Assembly (NCBI GenBank): GCA_963714015.1
Contig: OY970223.1
Location: forward strand, 2,816,001 to 2,880,000
DNA: 64,000 nucleotides
Source: Vulcanimicrobiota bacterium
GTDB lineage: Bacteria > Vulcanimicrobiota > Vulcanimicrobiia > Vulcanimicrobiales > Vulcanimicrobiaceae
Reading direction: 5' to 3'
The notes under the pieces are model-generated. The model had not been told where the DNA came from, did not search any database, and was given only the letters and a program-made list of their open reading frames with translations. Below, piece after piece: positions 20,596 through 29,609 of this stretch (positions are counted from its first letter, which is position 1; every line of letters starts with the position of its first letter). The position numbers and the translations under genes were made by a program.

Positions 20596-21084
20596 CTACG
20601 CCGGTTGGGCCGCGCCTTGCGGCAGGAACTTGCGGCGCGGGATAGGCGCCTTGATCGGGTAGTTCGAGTTCTCGAGCATGACCTGGCGCGCCCGGTTCGT
20701 CTTCAGGTTGATGACGATGGGGGCCATGAGGTTCATGGTCATTTCCTGCGCGTCTTTGGTGACGACGACCACGCAAAGAACGGTGAAGTCCTCGCTGCTG
20801 CGCAGGTTCAGCGTCTCGGTAGCATAGACCGGCAGTCGCGGCTCGTAGTCGGCGAAAATCTGCCAGGGGTCGGCGGCCGGAAGCGCGACCTTCGGATCGT
20901 CGATGGATTGAAGCCACACGAAGTTCGGCTGCTCGTCGAGCGAAAGCGCGAGGAAGCGTTGCAGACCCGAGAATCCGGGAAGTCCCCACGGGAACTGTAC
21001 GACGTCGCTGAGGGCGAAGCTTATTTCTCCGAAACGCGCCGTCTGGATCGTCGCGGTCTGAGCCGGCTCCATCACTGTTTCCAT
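20596..21084 (-). CDS. fliW: Flagellar assembly factor FliW
   Basis: TARFGEI..FPWGLPGF..WLQSIDDP..MTMNLMAPIVIN. Confidence 0.95.
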   Translation of the reverse strand: METVMEPAQTATIQTARFGEISFALSDVVQFPWGLPGFSGLQRFLALSLDEQPNFVWLQSIDDPKVALPAADPWQIFADYEPRLPVYATETLNLRSSEDFTVLCVVVVTKDAQEMTMNLMAPIVINLKTNRARQVMLENSNYPIKAPIPRRKFLPQGAAQPA

Positions 21085-21099
21085 TCCTCCGGGTATCTC

Positions 21100-22404
21100 C
21101 TAACTTTGCAGGTAGTTGAAGAGCGTTTGGCTCTCGAGGCGGGCCGTGGTTCCGTACGCTGCCTGCAGCACGGTCTGCGTCTGAGAAAGCTGCGTGACTA
21201 CTTTTGCAATATCGGCATCTTCAATGCCCGACTGCACTTGGGTATCGTTAACAACCTGTGAACCGATGGCGCTTCCCATCGCGGAAAGCGTTTGCAGCGT
21301 TCCGCCCAGCGACGAACGCGCATTCAACATCACTTGCGTCGCACGATCGATGTCGCCGATTTGACCGGAAATCTCGGTCTGCAGATTCGCGGTCGTCTGC
21401 AACCCGAAGGCTTCGACGAAGTTTCCGGGCGAAGCAGCACCGGCGCTGGCGACGTCGGTAACGGTGAAGTTGCCGTTCGCAGACGTAAGAGTCAGACGCT
21501 GCTGCTTGTAGTCGAACGAGGCAGTTACTCCGGTCGCGCCGGTCTGCGCGTTGATCGCCGCAAGGACTTGCGGAACCGTATCGTTGGCCGGGATCGCGAC
21601 GGTAAGGCCGTTCGGCGCTTGCGAAGTGGTGAGTTCGATGTCGACGTTGCCGTTGCTGTCCGGCGTCAGCGGCGTGGCCAATATTCCAGCGGTGTTTATC
21701 GGTTGTGCACCGGCTCCGGCGACAAAGGCCGTGTCCGCTTTATTGACTTGCGCAGCGCTCTGTGAAGTCACCGTGCCGTTTTGCAGAGCGTCGCGCAGCG
21801 CGATCAGCGTCTGAAAAATGTCGGGCGATCCGTCGGGCGAATTGTAGTTGAATGCTTGCTGCAGCGTTACGCCGGCATTGACCGAGGAGCCGTTATACAG
21901 CTCCTGCTTAGTGCTGCTTTCATTGCCGGTAAAAGTAACCGACGAGACCGGTTGGCCGTTCGCGACTACAGGCGCGGTCTGCTGTCCGGACGTTCCGGCG
22001 AAGACGTACTTGCCCGCATACTGGCTGTTTGCGACGCCGATGGCTTCCTGCAGTAATCCGTCGACTTGACTCGCCATTGCCTGCTGCTGCGTCTGGCTGG
22101 TAAAACCGCCTGCGGCTTGAACCGCGATGCCGCGCGCGCTCTGCATGATGCTCGTGAGCGTCGAAAGAGAGCCGTCGACCGTCGTAAGCTGGGCGGTCGT
22201 GCTCTGAATGTTGGAGTTGGTTTGGTTCTCCTGCGCGATGGTGGTGCGGATCTGCAAGTCTTGCGCGATTTCCATAGGATTGTCCGAAGGCGCCGTCAAT
22301 TGTAGGCCCGACGACGACTCGGTCGCAAGCTGCTGCTGTTGCGCAACCAGATTGTCGATCTGGGCGATCTGGTTGTCGTACTGGGTCGATGTGGCGATTC
22401 TCAC
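21100..22404 (-). CDS. flgL: Hook-associated protein 3
   Basis: MRIATSTQY..PSDNP..ANSQYAGKYVFAG..EDADIA..TLFNYL. Confidence 0.93.
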   Translation of the reverse strand: MRIATSTQYDNQIAQIDNLVAQQQQLATESSSGLQLTAPSDNPMEIAQDLQIRTTIAQENQTNSNIQSTTAQLTTVDGSLSTLTSIMQSARGIAVQAAGGFTSQTQQQAMASQVDGLLQEAIGVANSQYAGKYVFAGTSGQQTAPVVANGQPVSSVTFTGNESSTKQELYNGSSVNAGVTLQQAFNYNSPDGSPDIFQTLIALRDALQNGTVTSQSAAQVNKADTAFVAGAGAQPINTAGILATPLTPDSNGNVDIELTTSQAPNGLTVAIPANDTVPQVLAAINAQTGATGVTASFDYKQQRLTLTSANGNFTVTDVASAGAASPGNFVEAFGLQTTANLQTEISGQIGDIDRATQVMLNARSSLGGTLQTLSAMGSAIGSQVVNDTQVQSGIEDADIAKVVTQLSQTQTVLQAAYGTTARLESQTLFNYLQS

Positions 22405-22432
22405 GTGCGTCTAGCCTCCATGCCGTTCGTCG

Positions 22433-24577
22433 TTAGTTTCCGGTTCCAAGGGTCGTAATAACCGTGTTCAGGAGCGAGTCCATAACGTTCATCGTGCGCG
22501 CCACGGCTTGATACGCGTTTTGGTACTTGATCAAATTCTGCGTCTCTTCGTCGATGTTGATGCCGTCGACGCTTTGGCGCGCCGTATCGATGTTTTGCGC
22601 GAGGGTCGTCTGCGCAGACGATCCCGCGGTCGCGGTCTGAACGTCCGAGCCCATCTTCGTAACGAGCTGACCGTAATACTGGCCTGCCGTCTGGTTCTGC
22701 GCCGAGGCAATCGAGAAGCCCGCGGCGTGCGCATTGGCGAAGGTTGCCGTAAACGACTCGATGCCGGTCGCGGGGTTGGTGTTGACCGCCGACACGGTTA
22801 CGTTTTCTTGCGGCGGTCCGCCGCCGGGCTGCGCGTCGATCGTGAGAACGTCGCCCACCTGCACGTTGTTTACGCCTGCGGGAAGCGCGATGGTCGCGAG
22901 GCCGGGCGCCGCGACGGTTTGGATTCCGCTGTTCGTCTGAACCGCCGGTACGCCGACGTTCGAAGCGAACATCTGCAGCAGCGCGTTGGCGCCGCTCGTA
23001 TCGCTTGCTCCGAACGCGTTGGAGCTGTTCTGCTGTACGCCGTTTACGCCGGACGCGCCGAGTGCGCCGAGGATCGACGTTCCCGCCACGGCCGGATTGT
23101 TGCTGTCGGTAATGGTGAACGTCGGATCGGTCGGCGTTCCGGCTGCGGCCTGCGCGGCACGGTGCACCAAATCGATGTTCGACGGGTCGCGCATGAACAC
23201 GATCGATTGAGAAGACGCGTCGAACGATGCGGTCACGCCGTAGTGCATGCCGTTGAAGTGGCTGACGAACGCGTCGACCGACGTGTCGGTCGTGTTCGTG
23301 TCGTAGTTGAACGTTTGCGCCACGCCGTCCACAGTAACGGTCAGCGTCCCGCTGATTCCCGCGGCAGCCGGCGGATCGCTGAGCGCGCCGTTAGCATTGA
23401 GCGGGGCTGAGGTGTCGACCGTGTTATTGGCGGAGTTCATCGGCTGAACGAGCGTTCCGGCCGCCGTCGAGGCAAGCGAAACGGGAAGCTGTGCCGGGTC
23501 TGTAATGCCCACGCTGATGTTGGATGCGGTAATCGCGGTGTTCGGGACGGCGGACGTGAAGAGCGCGGTGCCCGGAATGCCGTTCTGATCGTACCCCGCT
23601 TCCGTAATGCGGTTCGTTTCCGAAGCCAGCGTCGAAGCGAACCCGTCCAGCTGCTGCCCGTACACCGTAAGCTTGTTGTTGTACAGATCCTGATAGCCGG
23701 CGAGCTGCCCGCTCCCTAGGTTGATGCCGGGGGCACCGGCTGCCGCGGGCGGATTCGTGTCGAACTGAATCTTGAACGCCGGCGCGCCGTTCGACGCGAC
23801 GCCGATGACCGGCTGCGCTAAATGATACGCTACGGAGTCGTTCACCAGCGCTTGGCCGTTGACCGTTATGAGCGCCGATCCGTCCGGCTGGATGCTGGTC
23901 TGCGTCGACACGTACTGCGAGAGCTGATCGGTGAGCTGGTCGCGCTCGTCTTCCAGCGTGTTGGGGTTGTCCCCAACTGCGGTGGACGCACGAATCTGTC
24001 CGTTGAGCGCAGCGATCTGGTCGAGCAGCGAATTGACCTGGTTGACCGCCGAGCCGGCCTGCTGGAGCACTTGAGCCTGCTGCTGCGAGATCGCCGAAGC
24101 ACCGGAATTGAGCACGCCGGCGAGGGATTGCGCCGCGGAGATTACGGCCGCATTGGCACTGGTCGAGCCGCCGGAGGATGCAAGTTGGTTGACGGCGGTT
24201 TGGAACGCCGTGTAATAGGAGTTGACGCCGTTGCTCGGCTCGCCGAACGAGGACTGCAGCGAACTGAGCGTGCTCTGTTCGGTCGAGAAGTAGTTCTGCG
24301 AGGACGACGCTCCGCGGAAAAGCGAATCGTAGGAATCGTCGTGAATGCGCTGCACCGAAGCGACAATCGAACCGGTACCGAGCGTTCCGGGAATGTGCGC
24401 GGCGCCGAACGGCGATCCACTGATGGCCGGAGCCTCGCTGATGTTCACGATCTGACGCGACGCTCCGGGCGTGTCCTGGTTCGCGATGTTGTCCGAAGTG
24501 ACGTTCGTCGCTTCTTGAAACGTGTCGAGCGCGTTGCCGAGGATGCCGAAGCCGAAGAAACTCCCGAGGTAGCTCAT
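22433..24577 (-). CDS. flgK: Hook-associated protein 1
   Basis: SDNIANQDTPGASRQ..GINIDEETQNLIKYQNAYQA. Confidence 0.95.
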   Translation of the reverse strand: MSYLGSFFGFGILGNALDTFQEATNVTSDNIANQDTPGASRQIVNISEAPAISGSPFGAAHIPGTLGTGSIVASVQRIHDDSYDSLFRGASSSQNYFSTEQSTLSSLQSSFGEPSNGVNSYYTAFQTAVNQLASSGGSTSANAAVISAAQSLAGVLNSGASAISQQQAQVLQQAGSAVNQVNSLLDQIAALNGQIRASTAVGDNPNTLEDERDQLTDQLSQYVSTQTSIQPDGSALITVNGQALVNDSVAYHLAQPVIGVASNGAPAFKIQFDTNPPAAAGAPGINLGSGQLAGYQDLYNNKLTVYGQQLDGFASTLASETNRITEAGYDQNGIPGTALFTSAVPNTAITASNISVGITDPAQLPVSLASTAAGTLVQPMNSANNTVDTSAPLNANGALSDPPAAAGISGTLTVTVDGVAQTFNYDTNTTDTSVDAFVSHFNGMHYGVTASFDASSQSIVFMRDPSNIDLVHRAAQAAAGTPTDPTFTITDSNNPAVAGTSILGALGASGVNGVQQNSSNAFGASDTSGANALLQMFASNVGVPAVQTNSGIQTVAAPGLATIALPAGVNNVQVGDVLTIDAQPGGGPPQENVTVSAVNTNPATGIESFTATFANAHAAGFSIASAQNQTAGQYYGQLVTKMGSDVQTATAGSSAQTTLAQNIDTARQSVDGINIDEETQNLIKYQNAYQAVARTMNVMDSLLNTVITTLGTGN

Positions 24578-25083
24578 ACTTTACTGCTCACGATGACGCT
24601 TGCGCCCGGGGGCGCGACGAAGCCGCGGCGGCGGTAGACTCCGGTTCGCTCACTCAAGGTCTCTTGAACCTTTGCGGTGATCTTCATCAAGCGATCCAGT
24701 CCGGCGACGATCAGCGACTTGTTGTTGTTGATGGTAATTCCCAGCGCGGTCGAGCCGTATCGCAGTTCGGCCAGACGCTGGTTGAAGTGTCCCGCCAAAT
24801 GCGGCGGAGCGTAGCGGCAAACTTGGTCGAGCGTCAGTGTTGCGAAGCCGCGTACCTGCATGCCGCGACGCTTTGCCGAGGCGGCCTGGTGATCCAAGCG
24901 CGCGCTGTTGAGCCAGCGATCGGCTTCCGCGATCTCTTCGGGAGAACCGTTCACGAGCATCGAGGTGACGTGACGGGCGGCGGCATTCAGGCGCTGAAGG
25001 CCGACCGACTCTTCCCAGAGCGCCAAATTGAACGCATCCCAGGAATCTCCGGAGGTAGGTTGGACGGCGGCATGGGCGGTCAT
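24574..25083 (-). CDS. flgN: Probable FlgN-family export chaperone
   Basis: Helical 169-aa protein between flgJ and flgK with overlapping start/stop codons; call rests mostly on position. Confidence 0.6.
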   Translation of the reverse strand: MTAHAAVQPTSGDSWDAFNLALWEESVGLQRLNAAARHVTSMLVNGSPEEIAEADRWLNSARLDHQAASAKRRGMQVRGFATLTLDQVCRYAPPHLAGHFNQRLAELRYGSTALGITINNNKSLIVAGLDRLMKITAKVQETLSERTGVYRRRGFVAPPGASVIVSSKV

Positions 25084-25442
25084 GGTTCGAGCTCCCGCGG
25101 CAGTGAAGTTTTGGATTCGCGAGCAGCGTCCGTCAGCACGCTAGAGCGCAACTGCTGCTCGAGGACTTTGGCTATGCCGAACGAGCCGCTCTGCGCAACT
25201 GCTTGCGAACGCTGCTCGTCGAGCATCTGTTGGAACGTATCTTCCGAACTGGACTCGTTGCCGAAGATGCTTTCCTTCGGAACCGTCTGGCGCATTGCGG
25301 AAAAGAGCATGTCCAAGAACACGCCTTCGAGCTGCGTTGCCGCAGTATGAAGCCGCTGCAGCGCCTGCTTTTGCGTCGCCGTCAGGTTCTCGGACGTCGG
25401 AGTCTGCGTGGACGCGGACGTGTTCTGAATGCTCATCGTCAT
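25080..25442 (-). CDS. flgJ: Rod-binding protein FlgJ (short form without muramidase domain)
   Basis: AATQLEGVFLDMLFSAMRQTVP..FQQMLDEQ..GSFGIA. Confidence 0.9.
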   Translation of the reverse strand: MTMSIQNTSASTQTPTSENLTATQKQALQRLHTAATQLEGVFLDMLFSAMRQTVPKESIFGNESSSEDTFQQMLDEQRSQAVAQSGSFGIAKVLEQQLRSSVLTDAARESKTSLPRELEP

Positions 25443-26548
25443 TGAATCTCTAGGTCCGCCTGCATTGCGCCGGCTTCACGAAGCGCTTGCACGATGGCGA
25501 TCAAATCGCGCGGAGAGACACCCATGGTGTTGAGCGCGCGCACGACGGACGAGAGTGTCGCCGCTCCGGCCACGAACGTCAGTTGACGCTTCTGCTCGAC
25601 CGCCTGGATTCGCGTGTTGTTCTGAAGGCCGCCGCCGCTGGTGCTGAACGGCGCCGGGACGAACTTCTGCTCCGTCGTGATCGTGATGGAGAGATTTCCG
25701 TGCGCAATGGCGCAGGGCGCGAGCTTGATGTCGCCGCCGAAGACGATCGTGCCGGTGCGTTCGTTCATAATCACCTTCGCCAGTTGGTCTTGATCCAGCG
25801 AGACGTCGCTGGCATCGGCCAGAAACTGCACGGGATTGTTGGCGTAGGTTGGGGGCAGCGTTATGTGCACCGTCTCGGCGTCCAGCGCACCCGCCGTGCC
25901 GCCGCCGAAGTGATGGTTCAGCGCGGTGGCCAGGTTTGCGGCAGTCTTGAAATCCGGCGTCGTCAGAACGTAGTTGAATCCGTTCCCGCTTTGAATCGGC
26001 GTGACCATGTCGCGCGCGACGACTGCACCGTTCGGAATCCGTCCTGCGGTAGGATGATTTTGGGTCACATTAGGACCTGAGGCATAACCCGCGCTGAAGC
26101 CGCCTATCGAGACCGGTCCTTGCGCGGTTGCGTACACGAGATCGTTCGCGGCTTTGAGCTCGGTCATGATCAACGTTCCACCCTGCAGGCTGTTGGAGTC
26201 ACCCATCGCCGAGACGGTAACGTCGATATTGTCGCCCGAGTGCGCGAACGGCGGAAGCGTCGCGGTGACTATCACCGCGGCGACGTCGCGCGTGCGTACT
26301 TCATTGCTTGTGGTGTTCAGCCCGAACGATTGCAGCACGTTTTGAATCGTGTGGCTCGTGAAGATTACCGAAGTCGAGTCGCCCGTACCGTTCAGACCCG
26401 TCACGAGACCGTAGCCCACGAGTTGGTTGCCGGTCACGCCCTGTACCCGCGCAACGTCCTTCACCAGGACGCTGGTTTCGGCAAAGGCCGAGGCCGTGCA
26501 GAGCACCGAGAAGGCCAGGGTTGCGGAGAGAAATCGCTTCAATATCAT
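25439..26548 (-). CDS. flgI: Flagellar P-ring protein
   Basis: NQLVGYGLVTGLNGTGD..SLQGGTL..NERTGTIV..AGAMQADL. Confidence 0.97.
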   Translation of the reverse strand: MILKRFLSATLAFSVLCTASAFAETSVLVKDVARVQGVTGNQLVGYGLVTGLNGTGDSTSVIFTSHTIQNVLQSFGLNTTSNEVRTRDVAAVIVTATLPPFAHSGDNIDVTVSAMGDSNSLQGGTLIMTELKAANDLVYATAQGPVSIGGFSAGYASGPNVTQNHPTAGRIPNGAVVARDMVTPIQSGNGFNYVLTTPDFKTAANLATALNHHFGGGTAGALDAETVHITLPPTYANNPVQFLADASDVSLDQDQLAKVIMNERTGTIVFGGDIKLAPCAIAHGNLSITITTEQKFVPAPFSTSGGGLQNNTRIQAVEQKRQLTFVAGAATLSSVVRALNTMGVSPRDLIAIVQALREAGAMQADLEIQ

Positions 26549-26549
26549 G

Positions 26550-27146
26550 TCAGAATAAAAAATCCAGAATGTGGCGAATGAGGCCCTCGCTCTTCTGCTG
26601 GAAGTTTCCGCTGAAGGAGCCTTGGGCGTCGGCGACGCGCGAGGAGAGAACCGTGTCGGTTACGTCGATGTCTTCGGGCCGCACGAAGCCCGTAATGTGC
26701 AGCACTTGGTTTTGACCGTTGACGACCATGTCTTGATCGCCGCTGATCTCCAGCGCGCCGCTGGGCAGCACGCCGATCACCGTGCACATCATGTCGCTCA
26801 GAAAGGACGTCGTGCCGTTCTCGGTCTTGCTGCTTTGCGTTCCGGACTGCCCGCCCAGCGATGTGGGGATGCGCAGGAAGCCCAGGGAGAAGTTCCCGGT
26901 ACCGCCGGGTGTTCCGACGTTGAACTGCTTGCTGTCGTTCACGACGTCGCTGCTGGCACTGTTCACCGCGAAGTTGAATTGGACGTGGACCAGATCGCCG
27001 ATCTGCGAGGCCCGGTGGTCCGGTCCCAGACGCAGCGGATGACCCGCGCCGGCCGCCGCGGGCTGCGCGACGTAAAGCGTGTCGGCCAAAACGCCGGCCG
27101 GCAGCAGCGCAATAACGAGCGCTAAGACGGCATATCTGTATTTCAC
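26550..27146 (-). CDS. flgH: Flagellar L-ring protein
   Basis: DHRASQIGDLV..VLPSGALEISG..GFVRPEDI..SSRVADA. Confidence 0.93.
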   Translation of the reverse strand: MKYRYAVLALVIALLPAGVLADTLYVAQPAAAGAGHPLRLGPDHRASQIGDLVHVQFNFAVNSASSDVVNDSKQFNVGTPGGTGNFSLGFLRIPTSLGGQSGTQSSKTENGTTSFLSDMMCTVIGVLPSGALEISGDQDMVVNGQNQVLHITGFVRPEDIDVTDTVLSSRVADAQGSFSGNFQQKSEGLIRHILDFLF

Positions 27147-27853
27147 TGATCGCCTCCCGAGATGTCGAGTTCCACCGTGCCCGGAGCCGTTACGGTACCG
27201 GACAGTGCCTTATGCGTCATCGGATTGTAAACGAAGACCTCGTCGCCTAATCCGCCGCTCGTGCGCGCCACCGCGTCCGCAGTCACTGCAACGCCGCTGT
27301 CGCGAACGATGAAGACCACGGTCGATCCGGCTTGAACGATTTGGTTGACGGCCGTCTCCTGAATCGTTATCGGCGAGCCCTTTAGCGAAGCGGAGAGGAT
27401 CTTGCGCCCCACGAGTGCATCGATTCCGTTAGCCGCTTGCCCGGTATACGGAACGCGGCCGATTGTTAAGTCTTCGGATGCAAGTACCGTTCCGGGCAGC
27501 AGATCGTGCGAGGCTACGGCTGTTTGCACGTACTGCTGTACGCGGTAGCCGACCATCACGGTGCGGTCCTCGCGGCCGTCTACGTCGATCTCGACCGGAA
27601 CGTTGATGAACGACGTATTGCCCACCGGCGTGCCGGCGTGCAGATCGACGCGGCCGGTCTGGACGATCTGATCCGGCACCATCGATTCTTGAACCAGGTC
27701 CTGATCCGGATCCAGCGACACGGTCGAAAGCTCGTGCGCCGCAAGGATGCTGATGCGCTTTCCGGAGATTCGCTGCGTGGAAATGCCTTGCGCACCCGCA
27801 CCGAGCGGTGCGAGTGCGAGGATCGAGGCCAGCGCGATCCCGATGAGGCGCAT
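27143..27853 (-). CDS. flgA: P-ring formation chaperone
   Basis: Signal peptide, SAF-like region and GGLGDEVFVYNPMTHKALSGTV. Confidence 0.9.
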   Translation of the reverse strand: MRLIGIALASILALAPLGAGAQGISTQRISGKRISILAAHELSTVSLDPDQDLVQESMVPDQIVQTGRVDLHAGTPVGNTSFINVPVEIDVDGREDRTVMVGYRVQQYVQTAVASHDLLPGTVLASEDLTIGRVPYTGQAANGIDALVGRKILSASLKGSPITIQETAVNQIVQAGSTVVFIVRDSGVAVTADAVARTSGGLGDEVFVYNPMTHKALSGTVTAPGTVELDISGGDQ

Positions 27854-27855
27854 CG

Positions 27856-28641
27856 TTATTGGTTCATCTGGTTCACGGTCTGCAGCATCTGATCTGCGGC
27901 CGTGATGGACTTGGAGTTGGCTTCGAATGCGCGCTGCGCAACGATCATGTTGACGATCTCTTGAACGACTTGAACGTTGGAATTCTCGAGATAGCCCTCT
28001 TGCAGCGAACCCATTCCGTTGATGGACGCCTGTCCGACGACCGGCGCGCCCGAAGCGGCAGTCTGGGTGAACAGATTATTCCCCTGCGGCGCAAGGCCGG
28101 CCGGATTGACGAAATTTGCGAGCGTAATCGTTCCAATCTGCTGCGGCTGCGTCGATCCGGGAACCATGGCCGTCACCGTACCGTCGGCGCCGACGGCGAT
28201 CGACTGCGCGTTCTGCGGAATGGTCAGCTGCGGCTGGACGAAGTACCCGTCCGAGGTTACCAGCGCACCGTTTGCGTCCTGTTTGAACGACCCGTCGCGC
28301 GTGTATGCGGTCGTGCCGTCCGGCATCGTTACTTGGAAGAAACCTTGACCTTGAATTGCGAGATCCAGATTGTTGCCGGTCTGAACCAGGTTGCCTTGAG
28401 AGAAGATCTTCTCGGAGGAGCCGACCTTCACGCCTAAACCAACTTCTTGTCCGACCGGAACGACGGCCGCGCCGACCGGCGATCCCGGCGCTTGAATTTG
28501 CTGGTACACCAGGTCTTGGAAGCGCGCTTGATTGCGCATGAACCCGGTGGTGGACACGTTCGCCAGGTTGTTGGAGATGGTGTCCATGTTGTACTGTTGG
28601 GCTTCCATACCGCTGGCCGCGGTGTAGAGTGCTCGCATCAT
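27856..28641 (-). CDS. flgG: Distal rod protein
   Basis: MMRALYTAASGMEAQQ..SNNLANVSTTGF..LDLAIQGQGFFQV..LENSNV. Confidence 0.97.
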   Translation of the reverse strand: MMRALYTAASGMEAQQYNMDTISNNLANVSTTGFMRNQARFQDLVYQQIQAPGSPVGAAVVPVGQEVGLGVKVGSSEKIFSQGNLVQTGNNLDLAIQGQGFFQVTMPDGTTAYTRDGSFKQDANGALVTSDGYFVQPQLTIPQNAQSIAVGADGTVTAMVPGSTQPQQIGTITLANFVNPAGLAPQGNNLFTQTAASGAPVVGQASINGMGSLQEGYLENSNVQVVQEIVNMIVAQRAFEANSKSITAADQMLQTVNQMNQ

Positions 28642-28656
28642 GTTCGGTTTACTTCC

Positions 28657-29448
28657 TTATTGACCGGTCGAGCGCGCCACGTTTGCGGTCGCCAAGCCGT
28701 TAGCGGTGTCGTGAGTTTGGATGACTTTTTCATTTGCTTCGAACCAACGTTGCGCCGTGATCAAATCGACCATGGATCGCACGACGTTGGCATTGCTGCG
28801 CTCGAGGAATCCTTGGTTGACCGTTGAGGTCGCGTCCAGCGCCGGGCGGCCTGCGCCCGTGTCGACGAAGCGATTGTCGCCTTCGGGGCGAACTGCCGTG
28901 AGGTTACCGAAGCTTACGACGCGCAATTGGTCTACGATCTGGCCGTTTTGACGAACGGTGCCGTCCTGCGCTATTTGCACGGGACCGGCCTGCAGTTGAA
29001 TCGAACCGTTGCGGCCCAGAACGCGGTCGCCCTCGAGCGTCACCAAATTGCCTTGGCCGTCGCGTGTGAACTCACCGTCGCGCGTGTAGCGAATGCCCTG
29101 CGCGGTCTGCAGCGTAAAGAAACCGTTACCTTGAATCGCGAGATCGAGGCCGTTGCCGGTGCTCTCGAGCGATCCTTGCTCGAAGACGGCGGGAGTATCG
29201 GACACCTGCGCGCCCGTTCCCAATGAGCCGACATACTGCGAATGCGCAACGCCCGTCACCGTTCCGTTGAGCGCGGTCGCCGGATCGTTTTGAAGGCGGT
29301 AAATATTCATGTCCGGCGCTGATTGCACCTGGAGCAGCGTGCGCTTGAATCCGGCCGTGTTGACGTTCGCGAGATTGTTTGCGATGACGTCGGCCTGCGA
29401 TTCCGCTACCAGCGCTCCCGAGGCTGCCGTGTAAAGCCCTCGTACCAA
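28657..29448 (-). CDS. flgF: Proximal rod protein (FlgF/FlhO-like); TTG start after GGAGG
   Basis: VRGLYTAASG..ANNLANVNTAGFK..YTRDGEF..LERSNAN. Confidence 0.9.
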   Translation of the reverse strand: MVRGLYTAASGALVAESQADVIANNLANVNTAGFKRTLLQVQSAPDMNIYRLQNDPATALNGTVTGVAHSQYVGSLGTGAQVSDTPAVFEQGSLESTGNGLDLAIQGNGFFTLQTAQGIRYTRDGEFTRDGQGNLVTLEGDRVLGRNGSIQLQAGPVQIAQDGTVRQNGQIVDQLRVVSFGNLTAVRPEGDNRFVDTGAGRPALDATSTVNQGFLERSNANVVRSMVDLITAQRWFEANEKVIQTHDTANGLATANVARSTGQ

Positions 29449-29571
29449 AAGAAAAACCCTCCGCACGAGTAGGTGGTCCGCAGTAACTGCGTCCTTGCGA
29501 AGCCGTCAATCGGTCGGGCTTCGCCGCGGCCCCCACCCCGTGCGAGGGTAGTCCAGCCGCGTTCTTTTCAA

Positions 29572-29599
29572 CTATCGGCAAGCGGGCGCCGAGGGTTTA
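29572..29599 (-). promoter_or_regulatory. sigma28 promoter of the flgF operon
   Basis: TAAA-N16-GCCGATAG, about 125 bp upstream of flgF. Confidence 0.75.
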
Positions 29600-29609
29600 G
29601 GCCGCTCCC

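Noticed and set aside
20516..20989. Long N-terminal extension of CsrA (248-aa ORF)
   Set aside because: It overlaps fliW in another frame; the canonical MLVLSRK start with an RBS is at 20515.
29449..29570. c-di-GMP riboswitch upstream of flgF
   Set aside because: It lacks the GGCAAAC/GAAA/GACGCAAAGC features of class I and I could not match class II; kept only as an unassigned structured leader.
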